From Antedon mediterranea (lineage: Eukaryota; Animalia; Echinodermata): DNA of 64,000 bases. The DNA is taken from contig NC_092671.1 of NCBI RefSeq assembly GCF_964355755.1, forward strand, positions 3,038,001-3,102,000. Direction: 5' to 3'. The notes below the pieces were generated by a model. The model was not told where the DNA came from and ran no database searches. It saw only the letters and a program-made list of their open reading frames with translations. Positions within the stretch are counted from its first letter, which is position 1; the number at the start of each line of letters is the position of its first letter. A program made the position numbers and the translations under genes. Shown here in pieces: positions 24,240 to 37,501 of this stretch.

Positions 24240-25549
24240 TAGTCCTAGATATATATTGAAAAAAAATATGCCAAGAGAGGGAAATAAAATGGTAGATAAT
24301 ACATTATAGGCAGCATATTGCTAGCTACTATTGCTACTGCACAATGGAGTTGTAAATATTTTGCTTAATCTCACTTTGTTTTTTTCTTTTTCTGTCTCAA
24401 ATGTCTTTTTTTTTTTTATTTAATGCGTCCGTCTATGTTTTATGTTTAGACTACAAAGACAAGCCACTTTGGCTTCTGTGTATCTAGCCCATACGGGAGC
24501 CCATAACACTGTTAAATGTTGAATAAATGTTGTTATTAGTATCAACCAAAAATCTAAAATATTAATCAACAATAACAGATACCGTAAACAAAGTTGTTTC
24601 ATCGAATGCATTTTCGTCGTCAATGATTCGCCATGCAACGTGCATTTATATACGCGCTACAAGATCCTCCTCGGCTCGCTCCCCCCCCCCCTCTCTCTCT
24701 CTCTCTCCTCCCCCCTCTCGCCTCCCCGCTCCTCCGATCCCCGCGCGCAAAAAAGGAAACGCGTTATCCAATGACGCGCTACGCTCACCAAAACCGTACC
24801 ACCACCATCGTTCTTTTTTTTTCGGTTCTGAAAACTTATCGACGGCGGCCGCCTGTCAACCACCAGAATAACCTTTCTCTTTCAAGAAGTTATTGTCGCC
24901 TAAAGCCTTGTCTAAAACAAACTACTAAAGGTTGTATTTATATGTTTCTAGTTATGATTAATGTATGATTTTTATACCTATAGTGCAAAACTTTAGGCCT
25001 AACTTCTAGGCCTATGCTTTTTTAGATTATTATTACCTGTCGTGCGTTCTTCTTCTTCGAATTCGTAGAAGCAAAAAGGACGTGCGTGGTGTGTATAACT
25101 CACTCTCTCTACACGTACGTACATGCCGCTTGAATGCGCACGCCCCCAGTACTAGTGGTATGTGTTATCAAGAAAAGAAATAGGGGTGGAATTGTCTATA
25201 TTCGATGGAGGCGTTTATTTTTTGGGTGTAATTAGGTAACATTATTTATTAAAGTATAATCAAACAAATTGTTTCCCCAGGATATGAAAAAATACAACAC
25301 AAGAAGTGATAAAAGATGTAAATTATTTCAAAATGTTTTTAAAATTCAGATCATGGAATTCAATGAATTCTACTAGTACTACATTACACGTTTATTCGAG
25401 GAAGGCTTTTGTAAATGGGGAATTTATTCGAGTAACTAAACTACTTTATCCACATCTGTCATACCATACGGTATCCTCGACTTATTTCTTTAATTCTTCC
25501 GCAAAATAGTGTTTAATGCAATAGTGATGCTAATTTAATAATTACCGGT

Positions 25550-25970
25550 ATAAATGGGGCTTTATAGCGCATTATACAAAGCCAATGCGCTTCCGACGAA
25601 TATATAAAAAGCGGAAAACAAAGAAAAGAAAAGGTTACAAAGGTGAGTTTTCAAAGAAATTATAGTGGCCTGGCGGATAGAGATGGTTAAAACCAATCGT
25701 TCCAAAAGACGAGAGGTACAAGGAAAGGAACGAAAACCATAATGCTTTTTTGACGTAAGCCTATATGGATGGAATGAGCAAATATTATGTTGTTTTTTGC
25801 AGAAAAATATGGCGCTGTACTACCGTAGACAGACACGTCACCGGGTTGATCAGTTACACAAGTCAAAAAGTATCCCTGGAATAGAACTGCAACGGTTGTC
25901 GAGAAGAGTTTGGAGAAACTGGCGCGGACATATGAACACATGGAAAGACGAATCAGATAAATGCACAAAA
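25550..25970 (-). mobile_element. Highly decayed L2/CR1-type LINE 3' fragment
   Basis: Residual peptide similarity (YGSTAPYF, PLVFWND) to the L2 ORF2 C-terminus and an L2-like tail (TTTATAGCGC...AATGCGCT on plus). A similar tail occurs at ~59780-59850. Confidence 0.4.
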
Positions 25971-26248
25971 CAAGTAACAACATTTATTCAACATTCAACA
26001 GTTTACATACGGTAGTTTATGGGAAAGACACACAGAAGCCAAAGTGGCTTGTCTTTGTAGTCCCAAACATAAAACATAGACGGACGCATTACAAATTTTA
26101 CACAAAAATGACATTTTGAGACAGAAAAAGTGAGATCACGCAAAATGGTTACAACTCCATTGTGCAGTGGCAATACTAGCTAGCAATATTTTTCAAATAT
26201 CATCTTTTTTATATTGTACTTTAGTATAGGGAGCGAGGTCAGAAGTAA

Positions 26249-26417
26249 AGCTTGGTTCCCACTAGAACGTAACGCAAGGACGTAAACGCAACGCAAGCGT
26301 TTTAACCAATGACAAGCGAAGTTAGACAGTTAGCAATCACAAGCCATCGCTTGTGATTGGTCAATTCACTTGCGTTGCGTTACGTCCTTGCGTTGCGTCG
26401 CTAGTGGGAACCACGCT
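26249..26417. mobile_element. Harbinger/Tourist MITE family B, palindromic, TAA TSD
   Basis: TAA|AGCTTGGTTCCCACTAG ... CTAGTGGGAACCACGCT|TAA. Tandem second copy 26564-26742; degenerate copies ~17858-17985, 18450-18540, 34581-35074. Confidence 0.85.
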
Positions 26418-28195
26418 TAAGAAGTAGGCATATTGCGGAGATATATAATGTTCTTGCCTTCTGTGTGCAATTTAGTGTTTAAAGTGTGATGTGCCCATAT
26501 ATGGACATATCATCATATTTGAGCACATCACATTTTTTTTTGTCAAACTAGTTTGATAATGTAGGCGTGGTTCCCACTAGAACGTAACGCAAGGACGTAA
26601 ACGCAACGCAAGCGTTTTAACCAATGACAAGCGAAGTTATAGACAGTTAGCAATCACAAGCGAATAAGCCATCGCTTGTGATTGGTCAATTCACTTGCGT
26701 TGCGTTACGTCCTTGCGTTGCGTCGCTAGTGGGAACCATGCTTAAGAAGTAGGCATATTGCGGAGATATATAATGTTCTTGCCTTCTGTGTGCAATTTAG
26801 TGTTTAAAGTGTGATGTGCCCATATATGGACATATCACCATATTTGAGCATATTACTACCGTATTTGTGCACATCACATTTTTTTTTGTCAAACTAGTTT
26901 GATAATGTAGGCAGAGCCTAAGCGTTGCTTTGCGAATTAAAATGTCACTATAATTATACGTTTTATTTGTTGTACATTTTAGGTCGGTGCTCATAGTAGT
27001 TACGATCAGCTTTGAGCTTCTTGCAACTTACGTAACCTTTTGTGTAGCTCTTTTGAGTTTGAAACTATTTATCTTTTTCTCTTCAAGTGTTATGTTTCAT
27101 GTTCCTCGTCAGTCTTTGAGATTACAACTATAATAGGCCTTCTTCATCTTTTGAAGTTGCAGACTTTGAGCTTTTTTTTTAGTCGCCAACGAATCTCTCA
27201 AATGTGCTTTCTAAGTTTCCAAATCTTGCTCATGTTCTTCATTGAACAACTTTCAACTCTTTCATTCTTGGTGGCACCTTGAACTGATTAAGGGTTTGTA
27301 GCTTTTAGGTTTCACGGATCAGTTTCTAAACGCTTAACAAGTGTAATAAATAAATAATTACAATTTTATTAATATTAATTGAACAATAGGTGTTTTGTAT
27401 TTTCAATTATCTGCAAAGTTAACTTTTACCTATAGATAGCCATTATAAGTTTGTATACTACAAACATGATGAAACAACTATGTATGTAAGAAAAGCTCGG
27501 TCTACACTACTATCACACTGATATCAAAATATAATGTGACCATATGGACACGATGACATCATATCACTACCATATTTGGGCACATCAATGTAGACATAGC
27601 TGTAGAGCCAGGCTCTATAAGATTCAAAGTAGCACCAAAGAGGTACTACTAGTTTGTCATACAGCGCCCCCTCACTGTAACACACGTTGTCGGAGTATGA
27701 TCAACTTAAATAACACTGACTAAAGCATAAATGTATAATTTGGTATACATTGTTCAAACGATACGCTGGGACTATTACGTGTGCGGCCGGCCTGTAATGA
27801 AATAAAATACAATTCGTTGACACCGAACTAATCATCGGCGAAAAAGTGAGCAATCTTTTGGAATGAATCGACGACCTTGTGAAAGATAGTGCAACAGTTA
27901 GTTTAATTATGCACGATCATTAATCCAGCGAATATAGATTCAAACTAATTGAGGACGAGCATAATTTATGAAATTTAAATTTTTAAATTTTTGTCGGTGC
28001 AATTTAAATACGGTAGCAATCAACATTTCAAACATCGTTGAAGACGAATAGGCCACTGTACTTTATTTGAGAAGTACGCCTAACAGTTGAAATGCTTACA
28101 TATTTTTCAATAAATAAAGTAACCACACATTACACAAATTAAATTTGAATTTCGACTGCCACGGCGTCTCTGTGAATGTCTACTAAAAAACTAAT

Positions 28196-31100
28196 ATGGC
28201 AAAAGAGGAGAAATCTTGCGAATTGAAAAACTACCATGATGACAGGAAGTATGTTTCAGAGAAAGGAGTTTTGGTAACAACTGGATTATTGGAAGAGATC
28301 AGCGTTAGTAATGACAACTGGTATGGTCGAAAGAGTACCACCGTATGTATTCCGTTATACCGATTTTTTTAGTTCAATAATCTCGACCAGGGCCGTAGCC
28401 AGCATGTGCGCTCGCCACGTCTGAGATGTCAAATTTCACCACCCACACACCAATTCCCTCCCCAGCACAGATCGTCATATTTTATATTAATAATTATATT
28501 TATAAAGCATCTTTGCCTGGTCTGTGTTTAACCTCTCGCTACGGCCTTGTCGACGAAAGCATCTCTCCAGCTTTATTCCTCACACCCTATACGTGGTTAT
28601 GTGATTTATTCCCAATTAATAATTCATTGCGTTGTTTAGAAAAATCGATTAATTCATATCTTTTATTCCATTTGGAACGTGATTGATAACGATGCGGTAT
28701 TCTAAATTGAAAACACGTTTTGTTTACATTATTATGATATAATGCCAGTCCTAATCTAAAATGGTTTTTTTTATCTAATGTAATTATTTGTATTCAATTG
28801 GGAGGGGATGATTGTCAGAGTGTTTTGGTCCCCCACATCATTATCCTGCGTGTAGGCCTACTTCATTTCTTGAATCTTCGTATCTTAAAGTACATTGTAT
28901 TAGGAAAGTTCTATTTCACAGCGTCTCATGTTCGTCACATATTGTAACTGTATTGTAATGAAATATCTGATCTTCGGCTGGATGTACCACCCTCGTAAAA
29001 TATTCTTGAAATAAATAACAATTTCTTACGGTTAGTGTAAAATTATGTGACACATATTTATCAATTTGCCTATGACTCAGATTATGACATTTGCCTAGAC
29101 ATTATAATATAGAATGGACAATCGGCTACTGTATAAATTATTGAAAACTGTCATCTGACGAAAGCAAAATTAACATCTTTGTCAGGGAGCCATCATCACT
29201 GTGTTGCATTACTATATGCGTACATAATATATTACTAAATTCAAAAGATGAAGTTGATATATGATGATCAGGAGACATTTATTAGTCTTTATGACTGTAA
29301 AGGAAATAATGAAAATTGTCTACTTGTTACAACATCTGCTAATGAGAGGCATAGTTAAATTTTTAGACATATATATGCTACAGGCCTAAGTAGTGTCTTC
29401 CTGTTCGTGAAATTAGACGAGTGCAATTTCCATGGCAATATTGAGCTGTATAAAAACTGGTTAAGTTTGTTTTGTTCGTGAAATATTGCAAATTCGATTT
29501 CAATTATTCACTTTAGTATAGCTACATGCATGTTACAAATATATCAATATTATTTCTAGGGAAATATTGAATCATGTTAATTGCATTAAAAATACATAAA
29601 AAATAAATAAATAAAAGCGACATCATTCAGTGAATAAGGATTTACACTGAGAAGATTTATGAATTCTGTTTTTGTAAAAATGTCTAAGGCTCTGTCTATA
29701 CTACACGTCACTATTAAATTTTATGTGACACAAAGGTATGATGTGCCCAAACATGGTAGTGATATGACATCATCATGTCCATGGGAACATAACTGTTCAT
29801 TCGCAATATTTGTTTATGCGCGAGGCTATGAGAGTATGTTAATTAAAAAGGAACGACATCCAATATTTGTATATGATATCAAATTATGAATTTATTGAAG
29901 CAAAAATAACATTTTAATGGCAATTTATGAGACTATGTAGTCGTTAGATAAACATGTATTCTATCGATCAGATATCATAATACACGGTATCATACAATAT
30001 TTACAATTGTCGTGTTAGACTAATATTTTATTCATTTTTTTTTTTTGCAGAATGAAGAAGTCGATACCAGAGTTTGGAGAAGAACAGATATATCGGTATA
30101 TTCAACTTTCAAATAATCTTTATTGCAATTATTATATTAAAAACAAATATATATACAGTACTTGGAAAAATTAAAATTCATGTAAATACATAAATAAGTA
30201 TTATCATAAAAGCAAACAAAAGCAGAACAAACCGCCGTCCAAAAAAGAGACAACTCACTGTACATAAAAGGATTCTAACATAGCAAAATTGCCTTTAATA
30301 ATATTTTAGAAGTATTTTCGATTAACCCACATTTAAATTTGACTAAATGTTAAAATAAACGGTTTAAAACTATAGGCCCATATTCTATCTTTAGTCCAGG
30401 ACCCTTTCATGAATATGGGTCATATACTAGTCGTGTATTTAGCGAAATTTTGTTTTTGGCAGTAGGTCGACGCGTAGAGTTGTTAGCCTGGATGGTTAAC
30501 GTGCTTGCCTTCCAATCCCAAGGTCCTGGGTTCTATCCTGACATAATCCAGTATATAAGTTTTTATTTAGTTTTATACAAACTATTAATTGACATAAGAC
30601 AGAATTGTGTTTATATAATATAAATGAATTGACCGGAACCGTCTTTCGTTGAAACGGAACAAGTATGAATGCATCTTTAGTATTGGTATCAATAAAGTCA
30701 TTTTTTCCTATGATATTTTTTTTATATATAGCCGAAGGAAAGATTCAAAAAGGCAATTCGACAAGTACGGATGATCTGCGCCGTGAACATGAACCTCAAC
30801 AAGTATGCTAACGAGGCCGGACATAGCATGTTTGCCGCTCACATGCCGGAGTTACTGGCGTCGACGTCGACACCCAACGTCGTCGTCATGTCCCCTGATT
30901 CGAAGGAGACCATCAGTTTTAACAGAAAAGATTACAAATTTAACTATGAGGTAATATCTTAAAACAATCTATCCAAATAATTAATGTATTATGTATTAGT
31001 AACTTTCTTTTTTGTTGATCAAAAGTACAAATAATAGGCCTAAAGTAGGCATACTTACAACTTTTGGATTCTCAAAAAAGAACATTGGCTATAAAAAAAT

Positions 31101-34100
31101 GGTAATATGTTTTTTCAAAATTGTATTACAATCGTGTCTGCTGCCATTAAACATGAATTAATAGAGTTAAAAAGATGAGCAAAGAAGAGTCTCTCCTGTG
31201 TAAAGTGCATCACTCGTCGGGCGAGTGCAACTGAACGGAGTTAACCACACAAGGGCTGGTTGACAGAAAACACAAATCCCTGCTGTAGGCTTCTATTACG
31301 TCAACAACCAATTAACGGTTGTGAACTAAAACCAACATAAGCTGGATTTTTTTACCGTAAAAGATTTACGCAATTTCATTTCATTTTTTCATTTATTCCA
31401 CATTTATTTAGTCATCAATCACATCATAATTGCAATACAACAAGGATCCTTTATAAAAAAGGTGTAGCTTCGTTTATTTGTAGGACCCTTTTACATATTA
31501 ACAATTATAAGTAAGTATAACTTGGTGTTTATTTTGTCCTTTTAGTTTAAATGGCCGAAAAAAGCAGAGGCGGTACTTGAGAAGTTACCGAAAGAGAGAA
31601 CATCAGACGATATCTCAGTAATTCGTGGTTTGATGCGTGGCCTTCATAGCTTCCGCAAGTACACGCGAGAGTCTCAGAATCTCATCTGTAAAGTTGTCCG
31701 GCTCGAAAGGTGAGTTTTTGGAGCATTAATTTTCACCCGATTCTCAGTACACAGCAGTACAATCACCACATTAAACAGATTGAGGGTTTACCGACGCTCT
31801 ATTCATTCTTCTTTGGCATAGATATGGCAGAAGAAGAGTGGTTGTGAGAAAGGGTCATATAGGCTATGCGTTTTATTTTGTGTTCTCGGGCGGAGCAGGA
31901 GTGACACTAGACGAAGATGAAGGCTCAGCGTTTACGGAGAAAGAGGTGTCGATTCTGAAGAAGGGAACTTGTTTTGGGGTAAGTGTGATGGTTGTTGCGG
32001 CGGCAGGACGATGATTGCAGTACAGAACGTCACTTTCTTTGGTAGTATAATTACGTTTGATGACCAATAAAAGTAGTACTGTAGATAGTCGCGTATACCA
32101 GTATGATATTGAAATCTGTCGATCTGGGACCCATGTCTTTTGTCGTCGCCTCAGCCTAGAATCCACCACCGCAAGGATTTTAGTGAGGATGTGCATACAA
32201 AAGAATTAACATTACGTAACAGTAAGTTCCTAGGACTATGAAGGCTAATTCCTCCATGCTAGGACCAATAATTGCAAACCCAAAGCGCCCTAGTAAAATG
32301 ATCATCTATCCATACGATACTGCCATTTTTATAAAACAAATTTCAGGAATTAGCTCTTACGAAAGATGTTCGACGGGCAGCCACGATCGTCTGCATGGAA
32401 GAGACGGAACTATTAGCTGTTGACAGAGATGACTTCTTCAACAATGGACTTCATCGTCATTTTGAAAAGGAGTTCACATATCGATATGATTTCTTCAGGT
32501 ACTAGGTTTGGATATTGTAAAATGCGGGAAAGTAATTAAAACATGATCGTATGGGACGCGGCACACACCATGGGAAAAGGAAATAAGCACACATGCAGCA
32601 ACTGTTCATGACAAACATTGTCCCGATTAGGGTAGTTGGCAGTGGTGCTCACTTTGAAGTGTACCGGTTCGAATCCCCGTTTATTCTATGAATTTGCTCT
32701 TATATTTACGTGTTTATTATACCTTTGTAGAAAATTGGATTTATTTTCGTCATGGTCAGAAGAGAAGCTGCAAGAGTTGAGCGATATGGGTCGAATTGAG
32801 GAGTACAACCACGACTCTGTTGTTGTCAGAGATCTCAGAGACACTGACTGGCTTCTATTCGTTACGAAGGTAAGGTATTAGAACGGGTATTAGAACCATA
32901 GAGTTCCATGGTTGTACAACCACGATTATGTTGATCTTTTGGAACACTTACTAATTCTTGTTTGTTCATTTTTATACTGGGTGACCTCTTCAGTCAAAGA
33001 CTGATCTCCCAGAGGACACAGTTGGTGATCAGTGGCTGTGATGTACTAATACACCGGGGTAGCCCCCTACTCGTCTCGAAAGATGTACTAGGTTCTTTAA
33101 AGTGCACACGAGCTAGTTGTGTACACTGGACCTACGGTTTATAGTACTTATCCGAGAAGACTCGTTCTACCACCAGAACCATGGAGTGAGTGAGCCTCGA
33201 ACCCTTGCCGATGTTATGGCTACGTAATTACGGTTCCACTGTCTTAACCGCTCGGCCACTCACTCACTCACTTAATGGTTAAAGAACCTGTTTGTGAAGT
33301 GAATTGGATTTATAAGTTGTGTTATTTGGCCGTTTCCATTTATCTGTAATTTATTTTCCTTTCAGGGAAGGTGCGATGTTTTAAAGTTAGTTGACATCGA
33401 TCATTGCATAACCACGCCCATCGAAAGTCAACGTCCGCAAAAACCACCACCACGACGAAATCTAACACCGCTGTCCTTTGGCGGAGACGTTCCCATGTCC
33501 CTTTTCAGGAAGTCCGAAGAGATTCCTGACCCCGAAGATAGAGGTGGGCCTAGTCCGTATTCTTCCACATCACCCTGGATCACTCATACCTCAATATCTA
33601 ATAGACCAAAAACAACGGGTAGGTGTTGTATAATTATCCTTTTCATGTCCGGAGCGTTAATACCGGCGTTTCGTTAGGTGTTCGCCTTCTTTAAAATATG
33701 TAGTTTTGGTGAGCGACGTGAAAGGGTTAGGCTCTTTAAAAATAAACAATAAAAGCAGATGAACAATAAATGCGAATTTGGCTCCGTGCGTATACGATTA
33801 AAAAAGATTTTTAATGCTATTGTTTCATAGCCGAATTTATTCGCGCGAATCGAAAGCGTTGGTAAATGCACATGCTTAATGATATTTTCATCTACTTTCT
33901 TTGACGTGAACAATTGCTGAACCAATCAAAACACAAGAATGTTGGATTCGCGCAGAAATATTCGCTATACTAGGCTAATTTATTCGCGCGAATTGAAAAC
34001 ACGAGTATTCATATCTCTATAATAAACACAATAGGCAAAGAACATTAATTCTAAACCGCTCAGTGATATACTGAAATTTAATTAATTAATTTGAAACGAT

Positions 34101-36144
34101 AAAGATAAATAATCTCTTTCTGAGAAAAAAAATAGTAGTTCGAATAGTTTATACTTTTTGCGAAGCGAAAAAATGCGCCATCAGAGCTCTTTCTCCAATT
34201 GGTTTAACGCTCCGAATTAAGGTTTGTCATGTGACTACTGATTTTGTTATTTTTAAAACGTTATTCAGTTACAGATATTTTTCGTTCTTTAATTTTTAGG
34301 TCAATTAGCTTTAAAAAAAGAACTGAAGTTAGAAGAAAGTAATGAACGGTCACAGAGCGCTACCGTCAGATTTGAAGCGTCGATATCAAACGACAAAGAA
34401 ATGATGACACCTGAATTTACGTCATCTTGCAACACGCCAACAACCAATCAAATACCACGGTACAGTAGGTGATACGTATACTCACCAGACGAAATTTTAT
34501 AAATGTATCGATTAAGTGATTTGCTCTCGTAAACTACAATCGGATCTGTTATTTCCAGAGATAGAAATGTGTAGCTCTAAAGCTTGGTGCCCACTAGGAC
34601 GCAACGCAAGAACGTAGATAGTGGGGAACCTAATGTTCCAAAAATCAGTTCCGTGAATTCAATATGGCTGCCATATACTATTATTATAAATTGTACCATT
34701 GGACTGATTTATAATAATATTGAAAGATTTATCACACAAATTACGCTCGTACGTGGTTTAAAATAGGAGTTACTATCAGTTTTGAGTAAAAATTTGGGGC
34801 CATTTTGAAATCCAAGATGGCGGCCAAAATAGGGTCGGGAAAAATTGGCCCCCAGTTGCAATGAATTCTGATGGTCCTAAGAATTCCAAAACTGTCAAGA
34901 ACTCAACTTGAGCATTAAAATCTCACGGAATTACATTAGATTCCCCACTAAGAAGCAAAGCAAGCGAGTTTACCAATGACAAGCAACTGTTCGAATAATC
35001 CATCGCTTGTGATTGGTCAAATCCCTTACGTTGCATTACGTCTATGTGTTGCGTCTCTAGTGGGAACCACGCATTAATGTAAAAATGTTATTTTCATACC
35101 CTGTACTGCCTCAGTGTGTATCTTTGCATTCATACGTTGCTTTATTATAGATCTCCTGCAATCTCTTCAAGTTCAAAGGTGCATGGAGTGCAGACGTTTA
35201 AGACCAAAGATGTTCAATCTGGTATATACGTCAAAGTGGACGCCTTGAGATTTGGCCAGTGTTTTGTAAGTTACTGTAAAACGTAGTATACACTGGCAAA
35301 CTTTGTTTGCAAACCCCAAGTTCGACAAGAAAAGTTTTCCAAAGTTTGCTAGTGTTGACATTTGATAAACTTCGACAAACTGAAAAAACAAGTTTTCAGA
35401 AGTCTACACTAGCAAACCTTTGATTTCCTAACTCCAAGTTTAACAAGAAAGTGTTCCAAAGTTTGCTAGTGTAGACCAGTTGACAAACTGCTCTGAAAAC
35501 AAGTTTGCAGATGGCTACACTAGCGACCGTCTTGCAAACTCAAGCTAACTTTGACTTTACCAAGAAATTTTTGCTAGTTTAGACCAGTTTTTCAAACTTG
35601 AAACCATGAAGACATTTTAGGCATTTATTTAAAACAAAATTATGCTGATTTATTACAGGGTTTGGAGGGCGTGGTTGGAAATATGCCTTATCTATCATTG
35701 GTCAGTTGTGGATGTGAACTCATTAGAGTTTCCATGTCAAAGTTCAAAGAGTATGCAGATGAGAAAACTTTACAAAAAGTTCAAAAGATGATTTCCAAGT
35801 ATCCCACCGATCGCAATCTATGGAGTAGGTTGGTAAGACAAAGCAAATGGAACAACTTCAAAAACACAACCATTGAAAATATCTTTAACGAAAAGAAAAC
35901 AGGACGGCGTACGTACGTCAGTAGGCCCGGAGACAACTGTAAAACGCAATTTGTAAAGAACCCTTTCCCAAAGATAATCTTTAACGCTCGAGATTGGGCG
36001 AGTAATGTTGTACCACATGCATCTGGAAAATGTCAGTCCGAAAAACTTAGTTCTAATCATTCAATGAGTACGGCATCTTTGCTTGAAAACAAGCCATCCG
36101 TATCAAGCATGGCCTCTTCAACTATCAAGACAACAACGAGATAA
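28196..36144 (+). CDS. CNBD2: Cyclic nucleotide-binding domain-containing protein, CNBD2-like; 11 predicted coding exons
   Basis: Exons 28196-28342 (least certain), 30051-30095, 30732-30950, 31546-31709, 31822-31978, 32347-32498, 32731-32869, 33366-33618, 34300-34459, 35151-35265, 35659-36144, frame-consistent. cNMP domain RRVVVRKGHIGYAFYFVFSG...GTCFGELALTKDVRRAATIVCMEETELLAVDR. A second domain is split by a low-complexity insert (LFSSWS...LFVTKGRCDVL ... GQCFGLE...SLVSCGCELIRVS). Confidence 0.85.
30470..30555 (+). mobile_element. Degenerate tRNA(Gly)-derived SINE head / tRNA pseudogene
   Basis: TAGCCTGGATGGTTAAC (A box), GCCTTCCAA loop, GGGTTCTATCC (degenerate B box). No proper acceptor stem. 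Confidence 0.4.
32958..33272 (-). mobile_element. Deu-type tRNA SINE, second full copy
   Basis: Highly similar to 15074-15392 along its length. Confidence 0.85.
34619..34950. mobile_element. Academ-like non-autonomous element nested in a family-B MITE
   Basis: TIR TAGTGGGGAA(C/T)CTAATGT with 3-bp TSD AGA. Splits the MITE at 34581-35074 into two halves. Confidence 0.65.
35288..35600. repeat. Degenerate ~115 bp tandem/inverted repeat cluster (CTACACTAGCAAAC / GTTTGCTAGTGTAG)
   Basis: Three related units in the last CNBD2 intron. Confidence 0.6.
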
Positions 36145-36455
36145 ACCAAGGAGAAACCAATGTTGTATCAGGATAAACAAATCACAATTCACTCGTTTTT
36201 AAAAACAACCTTACTGCTAAATTTATTTAAAAAACTCATATTCCAAATTCCAGAATACTTGTAGAATGTTAAATTATAGAAAGTGCAATATCTAACATTG
36301 ACGTTTTAATAAAAGGTTTTTAGTATAATTTACAGTAATGTTGAGTGTATTTTTATTTGCTGTTTCTATCATCCCTTGTTAGCTTGATCACACAATCGGT
36401 GATAATACATCAATACAGTAGATTGAATCGCTATTAAGGGAACCAAAAAAGTGTC

Positions 36456-36940
36456 CCATAGTGTTAAAATAATACATAGGGGATGGCCATAGTGTTAAAA
36501 TAATACATAGGGGATGGCCATAGTGTTAAAATAATACATAGGGGATGGCCATAGTGTTAAAATAATACATTGGGGATGGCCATAGTGTTAAAATAATACA
36601 TAGGGGATGGCCAGTGTTAAAATAATACATTGGGGATGGCCATAGTGTTAAAATAATACATAGGGGATGGCCATAGTGTTAAAATAATACATAGGGGATG
36701 GCCATAGTGTTAAAATAATACATAGGGGATGGCCATAGTGTTAAAATAATACATAGGGGATGGCCATAGTGTTAAAATAATACATAGGGGATGGCCATAG
36801 TGTTAAAATAATACATAGGGGATGGCCATAGTGTTAAAATAATACATAGGGGATGGCCATAGTGTTAAAATAATACATAGGGGATGGCCATAGTGTTAAA
36901 ATAATACATAGGGGATGGCCATAGTGTTAAAATAATACAT
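36456..36940. repeat. Minisatellite, 31 bp x ~15.5, inside a TACAGTAG-type MITE (36414-36987)
   Basis: Unit CCATAGTGTTAAAATAATACATAGGGGATGG. Flanks TACAGTAGATT..CTATTAAGGGA and TCCCCTTAATAGAGGTTCTATTGTA match the MITE family at 16.8 and 19.2 kb. Confidence 0.9.
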
Positions 36941-37501
36941 TACCTCGTTTCACAGGAAAGTGTCCCCTTAATAGAGGTTCTATTGTAATGCATTTCTACA
37001 CTTTGTTTTAATTTAAACCTTCTAAATAAGGTTAACATCTGATGATCTTTTGTAGAAATCCTGTATAGTAATTGTACCATATTTTTTTTATTGATAATGT
37101 TACGGTTTCCAGGATAAATTTTGAGTAGTATGATGGTATAATTTTTTTTTCTACTTCAGCCAAAGATCCTTCTTTCCTTTCATTTTTACTTCAAAAATGT
37201 CTTTTCTTAAATGTTTTAATTGTCTCATAACACAGTACAGTAAATCAAATAGCAATTTTGATTATTAGATGATTCTTAAAAGTAGATTATTAACTTTATA
37301 ATTTATACCTATTTTCATTTTTATACCTATGTGAAATGTTTAGATCACTACTGTACTTTGTAACCCGTCTTTCTATAAGTACTGTATTAGCATCAATACA
37401 TTACAATTTTATATGGATAATAAGACAATCACACAAACATGATTTTGCTGGGAATGTATGGATCGGTGTTCTGTTCTTGTGTGTACATCTTGTGTGTTGT
37501 T

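Noticed and set aside
25575-25615. CCAAT + TATA promoter on the plus strand
   Set aside because: Falls within what looks like a reverse-oriented L2-type LINE tail.
36456-36940. 31-bp repeats as a CRISPR array
   Set aside because: Head-to-tail minisatellite without spacers, inside a MITE.
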